Source of the DNA: Muribaculaceae bacterium
Lineage (GTDB): Bacteria > Bacteroidota > Bacteroidia > Bacteroidales > Muribaculaceae
DNA length: 64,000 nucleotides
Assembly: GCA_023663365.1 (NCBI GenBank)
Contig: JAMPHP010000001.1
Span: 1,038,308-1,102,307, forward strand
Reading direction: 5' to 3'
Part shown: in pieces, positions 15,508 through 24,235 of the stretch
Layout of the letters: every line of letters starts with the position of its first letter
Position numbering within the stretch: the first letter of the stretch is position 1
Program-made: the position numbers and the translations under genes
Notes under the pieces: generated by a model
What the model saw: the letters and a program-made list of their open reading frames with translations, nothing else
Database searches by the model: none
What the model was told of the DNA's origin: nothing

Positions 15508-17370
15508 TTAAAATGGTGCTTCTTCGTCAGATTGAGACCAGAAGTCCGGGTCATTGAAATCAAACCGCGCCGCTTCTGCTGCGTCCTCTGCGCGTCTGCG
15601 TTCTTCCTCGACGAGGTGGTTGGTGTTGTCCCATTGAGGCTCCTGCTCCGCGTAGTAGGGCGTGTAGCGTCCGTTATTGAGGTTGTATTTCATCAGTGCC
15701 GTTCCCGGCTCTCCGAGGTGTCTGAACTTGACTTTTTCGATGCGTATCTCCACCGTGTTGTTGATTCTGTCCCGGTGTACCACAATGCCAAAGTCCGCCT
15801 TGTTGAAGAAGTGCGCCGAGCCGCTGATGTCGTAGAGCGTCGGTGGGTCTATCTTTCCGTCCCGGTTCTTGGCAGGCTTGGTCGGGTGCGCCATCAGAAT
15901 GATGAGAATGTCGTGCTGCTGTGCAAAGTTGGTCAGTCGGTCAAGCAGGAGGCTGATGTAGTCCGTCTCCTTGAGTCCGCCTTTCTCATCTTCGAGCCTG
16001 TTGTAGGGGTCAATAACAAGAGCCTTGATGCCTTTACGCCGGACGAGGTATTTCGCCTTTTCGAGGATTGTGTCCACCTTGTAGTCGTTCGGCATGATGA
16101 AGAAGAAGTTGTTTTCAAGGTGTTCCTTGACCTGCTTGTATTCGCCGAATGTGAGGTGCTTTTGGTCGAAGTGCTTTCCAGTAAACTTTTCGATCAGTTT
16201 GCTTGCGTGGTATGCGAGGGGAGCGTTCTCCGGGCTGAAATATGCGAAACGCCACCCATACCTCATGTTGAGCCGCTCTGCCATCTCGTCGATGAATTCC
16301 GATTTTCCGCTTCCGGGGTAGCCTGTTACCATGCATAGTCGTTTTGTCTCGAAGCTGATTAGTCGGTCGATTGGCTCGTGTCCCATCATCACTCCTTTCT
16401 GCAATCCGAATTCAAAGATTGCGTCAAGGCTCTGCTCAAAATCCGAGACCGTGAACACTCCCTCGACCTTGATTTCCGGGGCTTCTGCAAGGCAGCGCAG
16501 GAGGCTCTCTTTGCCGTGCGCCATGAGGTGTTCGTTTGCGTCCTTGCAGTCCTCTCCGAAATCAAGCACCCGACATCTGTCTGCTCCGAAGCGGCGCAGG
16601 AGTTCGTCCCGGAGAAGCACTCCTTTTGCGTCGGTATCAACCGCGATGTAGATTGTCTCCTTGTCATCGAAGTAGTCCTCTATGAAATCATCGAGGTAGT
16701 CGAGGTTGGCATTTGCTCCATTTGGGACGCTGACCACGTCGTGCCGTCCGACCTCAAAGAAAGAGAGCGCGTCCATCTCCCCCTCGGTTATGATGCATTC
16801 GCGCTCTCCCTTTATGCCGTCGATGTTGTAAGGTATCAGTTCCGCGCCGGAGCATAGCTTGAAGCACTTGTCTCCTGTGCGGTATTTGGTGTTTATGAGT
16901 TGTCCGTACCGGTAGTAGTTGAACTGCACCGTGTTCGCCTGTCCGTTCCTCTGCGGCATCCATTCCATGCCCTCGGTCACTTTGAGGGCTTGCAGGGTGG
17001 CTGCGCTTATCCCACGGCTCTGAAACCACGCGAGAGCCTTGTCGCTCATGGGGGCGTGTGGCTTCGGTGTCGGTCGCTTGTATTCCTGCTTGGCTCTGCG
17101 TATCTGCGTGGGTCTGAACCACGGCTGTCGTTCCATCCATTGCTGCTTCTCGCTGTCGCTCGGAACAGCGGCGCAGCCGGAGAAGCCGCAGTAATGGCAT
17201 TTGAACATCCCGGTGCGCATATTGACCGAGAGGCTCTTGTCTCGTTTGTTGTGCCGTTGGTCACGGCACTGGGGGCAGTATGTCTTGGCGTTTGTGGCGT
17301 GGCTGTTCAGTCGGCTCACGTCGATGCCGAATTTTTCAAAGTCTAAATTGCTCATAGTGTTTTCTCCCAT
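15508..17370 (-). CDS. Bifunctional DNA primase / DnaB-family replicative helicase (T7 gp4-like)
   Basis: N-terminal zinc finger CPQCRD…CHYCGFSG. Toprim motifs ITEGEMDALS and AVDTDAKG. Walker A GYPGSGKSEF. RecA-like C-terminal domain. Confidence 0.85.
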   Translation of the reverse strand: MGENTMSNLDFEKFGIDVSRLNSHATNAKTYCPQCRDQRHNKRDKSLSVNMRTGMFKCHYCGFSGCAAVPSDSEKQQWMERQPWFRPTQIRRAKQEYKRPTPKPHAPMSDKALAWFQSRGISAATLQALKVTEGMEWMPQRNGQANTVQFNYYRYGQLINTKYRTGDKCFKLCSGAELIPYNIDGIKGERECIITEGEMDALSFFEVGRHDVVSVPNGANANLDYLDDFIEDYFDDKETIYIAVDTDAKGVLLRDELLRRFGADRCRVLDFGEDCKDANEHLMAHGKESLLRCLAEAPEIKVEGVFTVSDFEQSLDAIFEFGLQKGVMMGHEPIDRLISFETKRLCMVTGYPGSGKSEFIDEMAERLNMRYGWRFAYFSPENAPLAYHASKLIEKFTGKHFDQKHLTFGEYKQVKEHLENNFFFIMPNDYKVDTILEKAKYLVRRKGIKALVIDPYNRLEDEKGGLKETDYISLLLDRLTNFAQQHDILIILMAHPTKPAKNRDGKIDPPTLYDISGSAHFFNKADFGIVVHRDRINNTVEIRIEKVKFRHLGEPGTALMKYNLNNGRYTPYYAEQEPQWDNTNHLVEEERRRAEDAAEAARFDFNDPDFWSQSDEEAPF

Positions 17371-18449
17371 CTTTTTGAATTGTCACTCCAATAGTGCGCG
17401 TCTGATGGTCTTGGCGGCGCGTCTTGCGGCACAGGCTGTCCGCTCGTGCCGTAGGTGCGTATTCCTTTGCTGTTGATGAATTCGCCGACACCGAGGCTCT
17501 GTGTGCCTTGTACGGCTATGTTTTGCGCCCGGTCTCGTGATGCCCATGTGCGGACGGTGGCTCTCCAATCTTTCATCGGATTCCGCCCGACTCTCCATCC
17601 GTTGGAGGTGTAGTAATCCACGAAATGCTCCGCGTCCACGTTGTAGCTTTTTTCTTGGGCGTAAGCCCTGACCTCATCAACCGTCGGGGGGACAAATCTT
17701 TTCGTCGTAGGGTTCTCGACAATGTCTCCGAGCGTGTCTTTGGCGTGCTGATTGCAATAGAATGTTTCGCCAATCTTCCAAGTTGCATAACGCCTGCATC
17801 GTTCTCCTGTGGCTGTCGTGCATGAACATTGAGATTGATGATTCCTCAATCGTTTAACGGGGGGCGTATAATCCCCATTAGGGATTAAGGGGGTATTATT
17901 TACTTTACTTTGCTCTACTTTGCTTTCCTTTACTATAGGGTTATCTTCGGTTATGTCTGCATCAAATTCGGTTATGTTTGGGTTATCTTCCATAACCGAG
18001 TCGGTTGTCCTGTAGTAGGGGTTCGGTTGTCCTTTTCTGAAATTAGGGTTACCTCCCTTACGTCCGTTGATGCGGTTGATTTCGGCTCGTTCTGCTGCTC
18101 TTTGTCTGCGTCGTTCTCTTGCTTCGAGCAGAGGTGCAAACCGTGCCTTATGAGCGTTGCTGAAGATTTTCTCCCCCTCGTGTTGAAGTAAGCCTATTTT
18201 CACGCTGTAATCCACAATCTCTCTCAGTTTCTCGACAGGCACGTCGAAGTCTGCGGCGAGCAGTTCCTGCGAGATTTCGGTGTATTCTATCTCGAAGTCT
18301 TCGCTGTCTGTTAACGCTTCAAGGAGAAAGCACCACACAGCGTATCCTGTGTGGCTGAAATTCCGGCGCAGTGCTTTGACCTTTATGTCGTTCCTCATAT
18401 CTGCGTCGTGAGGAAAATATACCGCATCGTTTTTATTCTGTCGTGCCAT
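17352..18449 (-). CDS. DUF4373-type replication initiation / replisome-organiser protein
   Basis: N-terminus MARQNKNDAVYFPHDADMRNDIKVKALRR…GYAVWCFLLE is typical of the Lin1244/DUF4373 N-terminal domain. Lies between the helicase and the primase-helicase. Contains iteron array B. Confidence 0.6.
   Translation of the reverse strand: MARQNKNDAVYFPHDADMRNDIKVKALRRNFSHTGYAVWCFLLEALTDSEDFEIEYTEISQELLAADFDVPVEKLREIVDYSVKIGLLQHEGEKIFSNAHKARFAPLLEARERRRQRAAERAEINRINGRKGGNPNFRKGQPNPYYRTTDSVMEDNPNITEFDADITEDNPIVKESKVEQSKVNNTPLIPNGDYTPPVKRLRNHQSQCSCTTATGERCRRYATWKIGETFYCNQHAKDTLGDIVENPTTKRFVPPTVDEVRAYAQEKSYNVDAEHFVDYYTSNGWRVGRNPMKDWRATVRTWASRDRAQNIAVQGTQSLGVGEFINSKGIRTYGTSGQPVPQDAPPRPSDAHYWSDNSKRWEKTL
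17901..18031. repeat. Iteron-like array B inside the initiator gene
   Basis: GGTTATC/CGGTTATG sites at 17939, 17948, 17969 and 17981, an inverted CATAACCG at 17991, and degenerate CGGTTGTCC at 18002 and 18023. An AT-rich TACTTTGCT-type stretch at 17901-17935 is mirrored, inverted, at 2874-2900. Confidence 0.75.
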
Positions 18450-18462
18450 GTCGGGGTCTGAA

Positions 18463-19839
18463 TTAAAGTGTCGCTACAATGGACTTGCGTAGTCTCTCGT
18501 TGCGGCTGTTCCAATCAAAGGAGCGCAGCATCCATTGTCTGTAATTGAGTGGTATGTTTTTAATGCGTTCCCCTTGGTATTTGCCAAAGGGCATTATTTC
18601 GATCGGCGGCTCTTGCTTGTTGTCCACGGCGATTGTGTCCTCTCTTGTGTACTTGCCGATTTGGTCTATGGGTATGCCGGAAAGGAGACGGCCGTCTGTG
18701 CCGAACATTCGCCACATTTTGCCCTGCTCGAAGGTTATGTCTTCCACCTTGCCGAACCGAGCCACGTTGCCGCCGAAATCCCAAATCAGCGCGTCTTCCT
18801 TGCCCTCTTGGATTCGGGTGGCGCGTCCTATGATTTGGTAGTAGAGGGCTATTGAGGCTGTGGAAATGCCGAGAATGATGCAGTCTATCCCGGTGTAGTC
18901 GAAGCCTGTTGAAAGAACCCGGACGTTGAAAATGACACGGAGTCTTCCGGCTTTAAAGTCGGCTATGGTCTGTTCTCGCTGTGCCTTGTCCATGTCTCCG
19001 TAAATGACCCCGGAATTCGGGTAATGCTCGGAGAGTGCTATTGCGTCCGCTACGCTCGGTGTAAAGACGAGGATGTGCTTTCGGTCGGGTATGCTGTCAA
19101 GAGCGCGTAGGAGGGCTTCTGAGCCGCCGTTTGCGTCGTATGCACGTTGTACGCTGTCCTCGGTGTATTCGCTCTTGCTGCTGTTGAAAACGAGAAGGCT
19201 GTCATCAAACCCTGCGGCTTGGTATTTGAGCTTGCTCCAAAAGCCGAGGCGCACCATCTCGGAAATCTGACCGACGTGGATAATGTCTTTGAAGAAGTTC
19301 CCTTTCTTGCTCCGGCTTGTAAGCATTACGAGTTTGGAGAATGTTTGTCCGGAGCGGTCTCGGTTCGTCTGTAGTTTGACCGGGGTCGCTGTGATTCCGA
19401 GGACGTGCGTGATGCCGCTTTCTTTAAGGAACTTTCCGAGCATGGAGTCCTGCTCTCGTGGGTAGAGGTGCGCTTCGTCGATGAGCATCTTTGTGAAGCC
19501 ACGCTTCTTGAATTCCTCGCCGAGGTTTTTAATTGAGCCGATGGTGGCGTATGTGATTTGTGCTATCTCCCTCTTGCCGAAGGACGCGCTATAAATCCCG
19601 GCGTTGCTCCCGAAGCCACCGCAGAGCATATCGTACTTTCGGAAGTTCTGCTCAAGCAATTCTTTTGATGGCTGTATCACAAGCAGTTTGTCTTCGGTGT
19701 TCTGTGCCACAAATGCCGTGAGGATTGACTTGCCCCATGCCGTCGGCAGGACGATGAGGCTTGGCTTCGGGTTCTTCTCGTTGAAGAATTCGATTGCCTT
19801 GCGTATAGGTTCTTCTTGGTTCTCCCGGAGTGTTATCAT
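18463..19839 (-). CDS. SF2 DEAD/DEAH-box helicase with a DUF3820-like C-terminal tail
   Basis: Walker A LPTAWGKS, DEAH box LIDEAH, helicase C-terminal domain. The tail MPFGKYQGERIKNIPLNYRQWML is DUF3820-like. Confidence 0.85.
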   Translation of the reverse strand: MITLRENQEEPIRKAIEFFNEKNPKPSLIVLPTAWGKSILTAFVAQNTEDKLLVIQPSKELLEQNFRKYDMLCGGFGSNAGIYSASFGKREIAQITYATIGSIKNLGEEFKKRGFTKMLIDEAHLYPREQDSMLGKFLKESGITHVLGITATPVKLQTNRDRSGQTFSKLVMLTSRSKKGNFFKDIIHVGQISEMVRLGFWSKLKYQAAGFDDSLLVFNSSKSEYTEDSVQRAYDANGGSEALLRALDSIPDRKHILVFTPSVADAIALSEHYPNSGVIYGDMDKAQREQTIADFKAGRLRVIFNVRVLSTGFDYTGIDCIILGISTASIALYYQIIGRATRIQEGKEDALIWDFGGNVARFGKVEDITFEQGKMWRMFGTDGRLLSGIPIDQIGKYTREDTIAVDNKQEPPIEIMPFGKYQGERIKNIPLNYRQWMLRSFDWNSRNERLRKSIVATL

Positions 19840-19857
19840 TGGGGTTGTTATAGAAAA

Positions 19858-19930
19858 CTCCGCAGGTAGGGCTAACCGCGCTCTACAGTCGCGCCGGGAG
19901 TCCTTTCGGATTTCCCACCCATGTGCGGAG
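19858..19930 (-). ncRNA. Candidate structured RNA element (73 nt) in the leader of the helicase gene
   Basis: Minus-strand fold by eye. P1 is CUCCGCA/UGCGGAG (7 bp), extended by GGUGGG/CCCUACC with a G-U that becomes an A-C mismatch on the plus strand. Two internal hairpins are present, one being UCC-GAAA-GGA with a GNRA loop. The element is GC-rich inside a 108-bp gap. Confidence 0.35.
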
Positions 19931-19947
19931 TTTATTTTGTTGTCATT

Positions 19948-20202
19948 TCATTTGTCACTTTCGGTTATCTGTACCTTGTCGTGTTTGCTGTGCAATCCCT
20001 TTTCGGGACGTGTCTGCTTCCTGTAGGGCGTTGAGTCCATCGGGGACGGCTTCTTGCGGTCTAACTTGTTGGCAAGATTAAGTGCCATTCTCCGCTCGTT
20101 CAGCAGTTTGGTGGTGCGCACTCCCTTTTCTTGGAGCATGGAAGCGTAGGCTCTTAAGAATTCGACCGCTTTGTCTCGATCGGCGTTGGAAATGCTAATC
20201 AT
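19948..20202 (-). CDS. Hypothetical protein (84 aa)
   Basis: ORF in the operon with a basic C-terminus. Confidence 0.4.
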   Translation of the reverse strand: MISISNADRDKAVEFLRAYASMLQEKGVRTTKLLNERRMALNLANKLDRKKPSPMDSTPYRKQTRPEKGLHSKHDKVQITESDK

Positions 20203-20219
20203 ACCCTATCTGTATTGGT

Positions 20220-21167
20220 TTATTTCAGCAGGAAGCGTCTTGCTCCTTGCGTTGTCTGAATGTAAGGCTTTGCGAGGTCGGGGTGGTCTGCTTGGAATGC
20301 CTTAGCGTCAAATTTCGGACTGGGCTTGGGGGCTTTCCACGTCGCTATTGTGTCTCCACCGTAGGAGAGAGCTTCCGCGTCTTCGAATGCCATCTTGATT
20401 GTGGCTTCGAGGCTCTCCTTGCGTTCTTCGAGCGCGTCTATCTCTTTGCGCACGTCCTTGAGCCGTTGGTATGCTTCGAAGACCTCGTCACTGCACTCGA
20501 TGATTTTGCGGTCGGTGTGTCGGTTGTATTTGAGGAGTACGTCCTTGACCGAGGTCGCGTTTGGCTCTTTCCCTCCGAGTATGCAGTCTGTGTAGAACCT
20601 CTCGACCTCCTCGACCTCCCATGCGAAGAAGTCCGGGACTGCTTTGAGGTCTTGGTATCCGAAATCGAAGCCTTGACCTGCGGAGAGCCATGCGAGGCTT
20701 CCTTGTGTGTATCCGGCGACACCGAGTTGGTACTGCACCTGTGCAAACCAATATTTCGGGAGGTCGTCGGGGTCAACTTTCATGCGTGTTGTCTTGATTT
20801 CGAGGATACCCTTTGCTTCCGGGCTTCGGCTCTCTCCGAGCCAATAGGTGCGGTCAGGGCTTACTTGGAGATATGGGCGGTCGTTGTCTCGGATAATCCA
20901 ATCGATCGCGCTGCGCTTGATGATTTCGCGTCCTGTGGCATCGTACCACATTCGGCTGACAGCGTCTTCGAGGTGGTGTCCGTTTCGCATGGCTGCGTTC
21001 TCCTGCTTCGGTTCGTCGAGCCCTGTCTTGCGTCTCCATAGTTGGTAGGGGGTCTCCCACGGGTTGAGTCCTACGATTGTTGCCACCTCGCTGCTGCCGA
21101 TGCCGCTCTTGCGGACTTCGAGCCATTCTTCACGTGTGCTGGGTCTGATGATTGTTACGTTGTTCAT
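20220..21167 (-). CDS. YqaJ-like viral recombinase exonuclease (lambda Exo fold)
   Basis: N-terminus …TREEWLEVRKSGIGSSEVATIVGLNPWETPYQLWRRKTG… is the classic YqaJ signature. A PD-(D/E)xK-type core follows (…ILEIKTT…). Confidence 0.85.
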   Translation of the reverse strand: MNNVTIIRPSTREEWLEVRKSGIGSSEVATIVGLNPWETPYQLWRRKTGLDEPKQENAAMRNGHHLEDAVSRMWYDATGREIIKRSAIDWIIRDNDRPYLQVSPDRTYWLGESRSPEAKGILEIKTTRMKVDPDDLPKYWFAQVQYQLGVAGYTQGSLAWLSAGQGFDFGYQDLKAVPDFFAWEVEEVERFYTDCILGGKEPNATSVKDVLLKYNRHTDRKIIECSDEVFEAYQRLKDVRKEIDALEERKESLEATIKMAFEDAEALSYGGDTIATWKAPKPSPKFDAKAFQADHPDLAKPYIQTTQGARRFLLK

Positions 21168-21409
21168 TTTGCTGATGTCTCTTTTAGTTGGGTCAGTAGT
21201 CTTTTCAATCCGCGACCGTCTTTAATCGTCGCTCCTGTTGCCCATCCGCTGTATGGGAAGAATTTCACTACTTTGCCGTTATGAATGAATTGTATTTCGT
21301 TCTCTGTTTGCTTGGCTATCTCGTATCCGAGATTCTTGATTTGCTCAATGGCATAAGCCATTCGTCGCGGTTCAAGATTGCGTTGCCGTTCTTCGTTTAA
21401 CCTTGCCAT
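21164..21409 (-). CDS. Hypothetical protein (81 aa)
   Basis: ORF with an ATGA overlap to the exonuclease gene. Confidence 0.45.
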   Translation of the reverse strand: MARLNEERQRNLEPRRMAYAIEQIKNLGYEIAKQTENEIQFIHNGKVVKFFPYSGWATGATIKDGRGLKRLLTQLKETSAK

Positions 21410-21425
21410 TGGTGTGGTATAAAAT

Positions 21426-21449
21426 GGGGAGAGCCGAAGCCCTCCCCGG
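21426..21449 (-). terminator. Intrinsic-terminator-like hairpin GGGGAGGGC-UUCG-GCUCUCCCC followed by AUUUU
   Basis: Read on the minus strand: a 9-bp stem, a UUCG tetraloop and a short T-tract. Identical in sense orientation to 2374-2396. Confidence 0.55.
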
Positions 21450-21455
21450 TCGGGT

Positions 21456-22028
21456 TTATTTGCGGATTAGGTAGAAATCCATCCACAGCTTGATGAACTG
21501 CTTTCCAGCGTAGTCCGCGAGCGTGTCGCTCTTAAAGCAAAGGCGAGAGCCGAAGTCCGCAAACGTACGCGAGGGGGCGTAAGCCGAGTACGCAAAGGCG
21601 AAGCCCGAATATTGGGTCTCATATCCGCCTGTGGATTGGAGGCATCGTTCTCGCTTCCATTCCTCGCTCTTGTCAGCGAGTTCCTCGTCAGTCCAAAGGT
21701 AGAACCACGGGTAGTATCGCCATTCGTCTTCTGTGAACTTGGGTGTCCATCCCTTGTTGAGGGCGGCTGCGATGAGGCGCAGTTTTTGGTAGGCGATTTC
21801 GTCCGGCATTGTCAGTCCGGCTTCCTCCCATTGCTGCTCCAATTCTCCGGGGCAAGCACCGAGGATGTCACAAGCGTCCTCGAAGGTCTTCACTCTCTCC
21901 GTGATGGGGCGATTGTCTTTGGTTTGTGCGTTCCACTCCATGTCGGGGAACATTGCGCGGAGCATTGTCTTTCCGCTTTCGTCTGCCGCATTGTAGGCTG
22001 CAATTAGGTTCTCGTTCTTGATTTCCAT
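21456..22028 (-). CDS. Hypothetical protein (190 aa)
   Basis: Protein-like ORF rich in W/Y. No family recognised. Confidence 0.5.
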   Translation of the reverse strand: MEIKNENLIAAYNAADESGKTMLRAMFPDMEWNAQTKDNRPITERVKTFEDACDILGACPGELEQQWEEAGLTMPDEIAYQKLRLIAAALNKGWTPKFTEDEWRYYPWFYLWTDEELADKSEEWKRERCLQSTGGYETQYSGFAFAYSAYAPSRTFADFGSRLCFKSDTLADYAGKQFIKLWMDFYLIRK

Positions 22029-22034
22029 GTTCTC

Positions 22035-22949
22035 TTATTTTTTTGATGATTTCTTTACTTTGGTTACCTCCCCGGTCTCCGGGTCGATTTCTTCAGCTTC
22101 CACATCGACGATGGGAGCTGCTCCTGTTGCCGCTGCTATAGCTGCTTCGGCTTTACTCTGCGCTGTAGCCGCAGTCTTGACCGCTTCTGCTGCCGCCTGT
22201 GCTTCTTTCTCCGGGTCGATGAATGTTTCCTTGACCGTTGTCGTTCCCTCCTCGATAGCGTTGCGGAGGGCGCGGAGTTCGAAGATGGCTTGTTTGTCGA
22301 TTTCGTTCACGCTCTTGATGCCGAGGTAGTGGAGAATTTGTTCGGGCTTCACTCCGAGCTTTGCGTAGTAGGACATCACGTTCTGTCGGCTCTGTTCAAG
22401 GTCTATCGACTGACCGAGGGCGACGCGCTTAACCTCGTTGATGATTTTCTTTGTGACCGCTTTGGGTATCACGGCGAGGACTGCATTTCGGAAGGCGATG
22501 CTGCTTGCTGCGTTCCCGGTCACAATCTGCATATCCTCGCTGTAGGTGCGCCCGGTCTTTGTTGTGATTCGTCGGGGGACTTCTTTGCAGACTGCGACGT
22601 TGCTTTCGAGGTCGTGGCACATTGCCTGTGCTGTTATCATGCGTCCGTCGTTGCCGATGATTCGTGTCTGAATGCGCAGGTTGCCCCAGGCGCTTGCGAT
22701 GATTTCCGCCATGCGTACCGAGAGTCCCTCGATTAGGCTGTCCTGTCCGTTTGCGTCCTTGCGGCGGAGGACGTAGAAGCAGTCCTCTGCGGTCTCTTTG
22801 TCCATCGTGGCGTAGGTGCTGATTTTGTTCAGAACCTGCGGCAGGTCACGGGGGTAGGCTTTTGCGGTGGCGATTTGAATGTCCACCTCTGCGCGGTTGA
22901 TTGCTTGGAGCATCTCCGCCTGTTTGATTTCGATGATTTCTTGTGCCAT
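22035..22949 (-). CDS. RecT/Redbeta-type single-strand annealing protein candidate
   Basis: 304 aa in the same operon, about 0.9 kb upstream of the YqaJ exonuclease with two small ORFs between them (the usual Exo plus annealase pairing). The C-terminal tail is acidic and Ala-rich. The call rests mainly on context. Confidence 0.55.
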   Translation of the reverse strand: MAQEIIEIKQAEMLQAINRAEVDIQIATAKAYPRDLPQVLNKISTYATMDKETAEDCFYVLRRKDANGQDSLIEGLSVRMAEIIASAWGNLRIQTRIIGNDGRMITAQAMCHDLESNVAVCKEVPRRITTKTGRTYSEDMQIVTGNAASSIAFRNAVLAVIPKAVTKKIINEVKRVALGQSIDLEQSRQNVMSYYAKLGVKPEQILHYLGIKSVNEIDKQAIFELRALRNAIEEGTTTVKETFIDPEKEAQAAAEAVKTAATAQSKAEAAIAAATGAAPIVDVEAEEIDPETGEVTKVKKSSKK

Positions 22950-22983
22950 TTTGTAATGGGTTTAAAGTGAATATTGAAGTTGA

Positions 22984-23409
22984 TTATTTCGTTCTTATTG
23001 GGTTCGCGGTCAGCACCCTGTACCAAATCGTGCCGTCGGGCATTTGCGTGGGCGTAGCGGCGATTATAAAGGTCGCGCTGTATGTTGCCTTGACCGAGTC
23101 TAAAATCGCGCCGGAGGCGGCTCTATTTTGCGTCCTCATTGAGTAAATCTTCGAGGTCTTGTGTCCCAGTCCTATCCGCAGCTTTGTCCCGGCCTCGTTC
23201 TCCGGCTCTACAAAGGCTATGTACCAATCGTTTTTGCTGTCGGTGTCCTTTGCTATAATCACTCGGTTGCCGGGGCGAAGGTCAAAGTCTCGTATCGCTT
23301 TGGAGTTGAAGGAGCAGAAGCCACCCTTGCGGTTCGCGCTCATTGTGCGAGTGTCTGTTCTTATGTCCCACGTCCGTGGATTCTCGTTTTTGTAAATGTT
23401 GAGGTTCAT
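22984..23409 (-). CDS. Hypothetical protein (141 aa, trimmed from ORF 22984..23553)
   Basis: Starts at MNLNIYKNENPRTWDIR…. The longer ORF overlaps the upstream gene and is Arg-rich. Confidence 0.45.
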   Translation of the reverse strand: MNLNIYKNENPRTWDIRTDTRTMSANRKGGFCSFNSKAIRDFDLRPGNRVIIAKDTDSKNDWYIAFVEPENEAGTKLRIGLGHKTSKIYSMRTQNRAASGAILDSVKATYSATFIIAATPTQMPDGTIWYRVLTANPIRTK

Positions 23410-23420
23410 GGCTGTGTGCG

Positions 23421-23933
23421 TTAAAAGGTGTAAGCGAATTGTGCGCGTGTCTGCTCGGTTATCCGGCGCAATGCGTTGTCGGTTGCAGTCCGGCTGATTC
23501 CGAGTGCGTCGGCTATGTCCCGGACTGATGTTCCGCCCATGCGCATCTCCCAAATGGCTACCTCGTTCCGGCTGTAGGTGGCTCTGATGTGCGCCCTTAT
23601 TGCCTGTGCGAGGCTATCCTTTTGCTCTTTCCTCGGCTGCTCCGATGCTGCTGCTTCCTGCGGTGTCGGCAGGAGCGTGAAAAATAGATCGTCGGGGTGG
23701 ATGGTCGTGTAGGTCTCATTGATTGCTTTCCGGGAAAACTTGCGGTAAGCTGTCACAAATGCCCTTTCAAACGCCGCTCCATTTTCTTGTTTCCGGCAAG
23801 CCGAGGCAAGACTGAGGTATGCGTCTTGGAATGCGTCCTCATCGAGCGGTGCGCCTACGTTAAGGCTCTGCATCAGCCGGATTGCATTCTCGCTAATCCA
23901 TGCGTTGAATGATGTTGTCTTTACTTCGCTCAT
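23421..23933 (-). CDS. Phage sigma-70-family (ECF-like) transcription factor
   Basis: Region-2-like DAFQDAYLSL and region-4 HTH …MGGTSVRDIADALGISRTATDNALRRI…. Confidence 0.6.
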   Translation of the reverse strand: MSEVKTTSFNAWISENAIRLMQSLNVGAPLDEDAFQDAYLSLASACRKQENGAAFERAFVTAYRKFSRKAINETYTTIHPDDLFFTLLPTPQEAAASEQPRKEQKDSLAQAIRAHIRATYSRNEVAIWEMRMGGTSVRDIADALGISRTATDNALRRITEQTRAQFAYTF

Positions 23934-24232
23934 AGCCGTTTCTTTTTGTGGGTTACTGTGTAGGTTGTAGCCTTGCTGTTAATCTCTGCTTCGGTCTTTA
24001 CCCGGTTCTCGGTCATCCATCCGTCGAGTTCCTGCTTGTCGAAGTACAGCTTGCCGTTCTTCTTGTAGTGGGGGATTCTCTTTTGGCTTGTCAGGGTGTA
24101 AATGCCTTTTACCGAGTACCCGGTGTAGATGGCGGCTTCCTCGACCGTGAGAGTGTTCTTCACCCCGATGAGAGATGTGGCTTCGAGCCTGTCGAACCGC
24201 TCGTCCATGTATTGTCTCAGTTCTGCTGTCAT
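23930..24232 (-). CDS. Excisionase-family / MerR-like HTH DNA-binding protein
   Basis: …TLTVEEAAIYTGYSVKGIYTLTSQKRIPHYKKNGKLYFDKQELDGWM… matches the HTH_17/Xis pattern. Confidence 0.65.
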   Translation of the reverse strand: MTAELRQYMDERFDRLEATSLIGVKNTLTVEEAAIYTGYSVKGIYTLTSQKRIPHYKKNGKLYFDKQELDGWMTENRVKTEAEINSKATTYTVTHKKKRL

Positions 24233-24235
24233 GGC

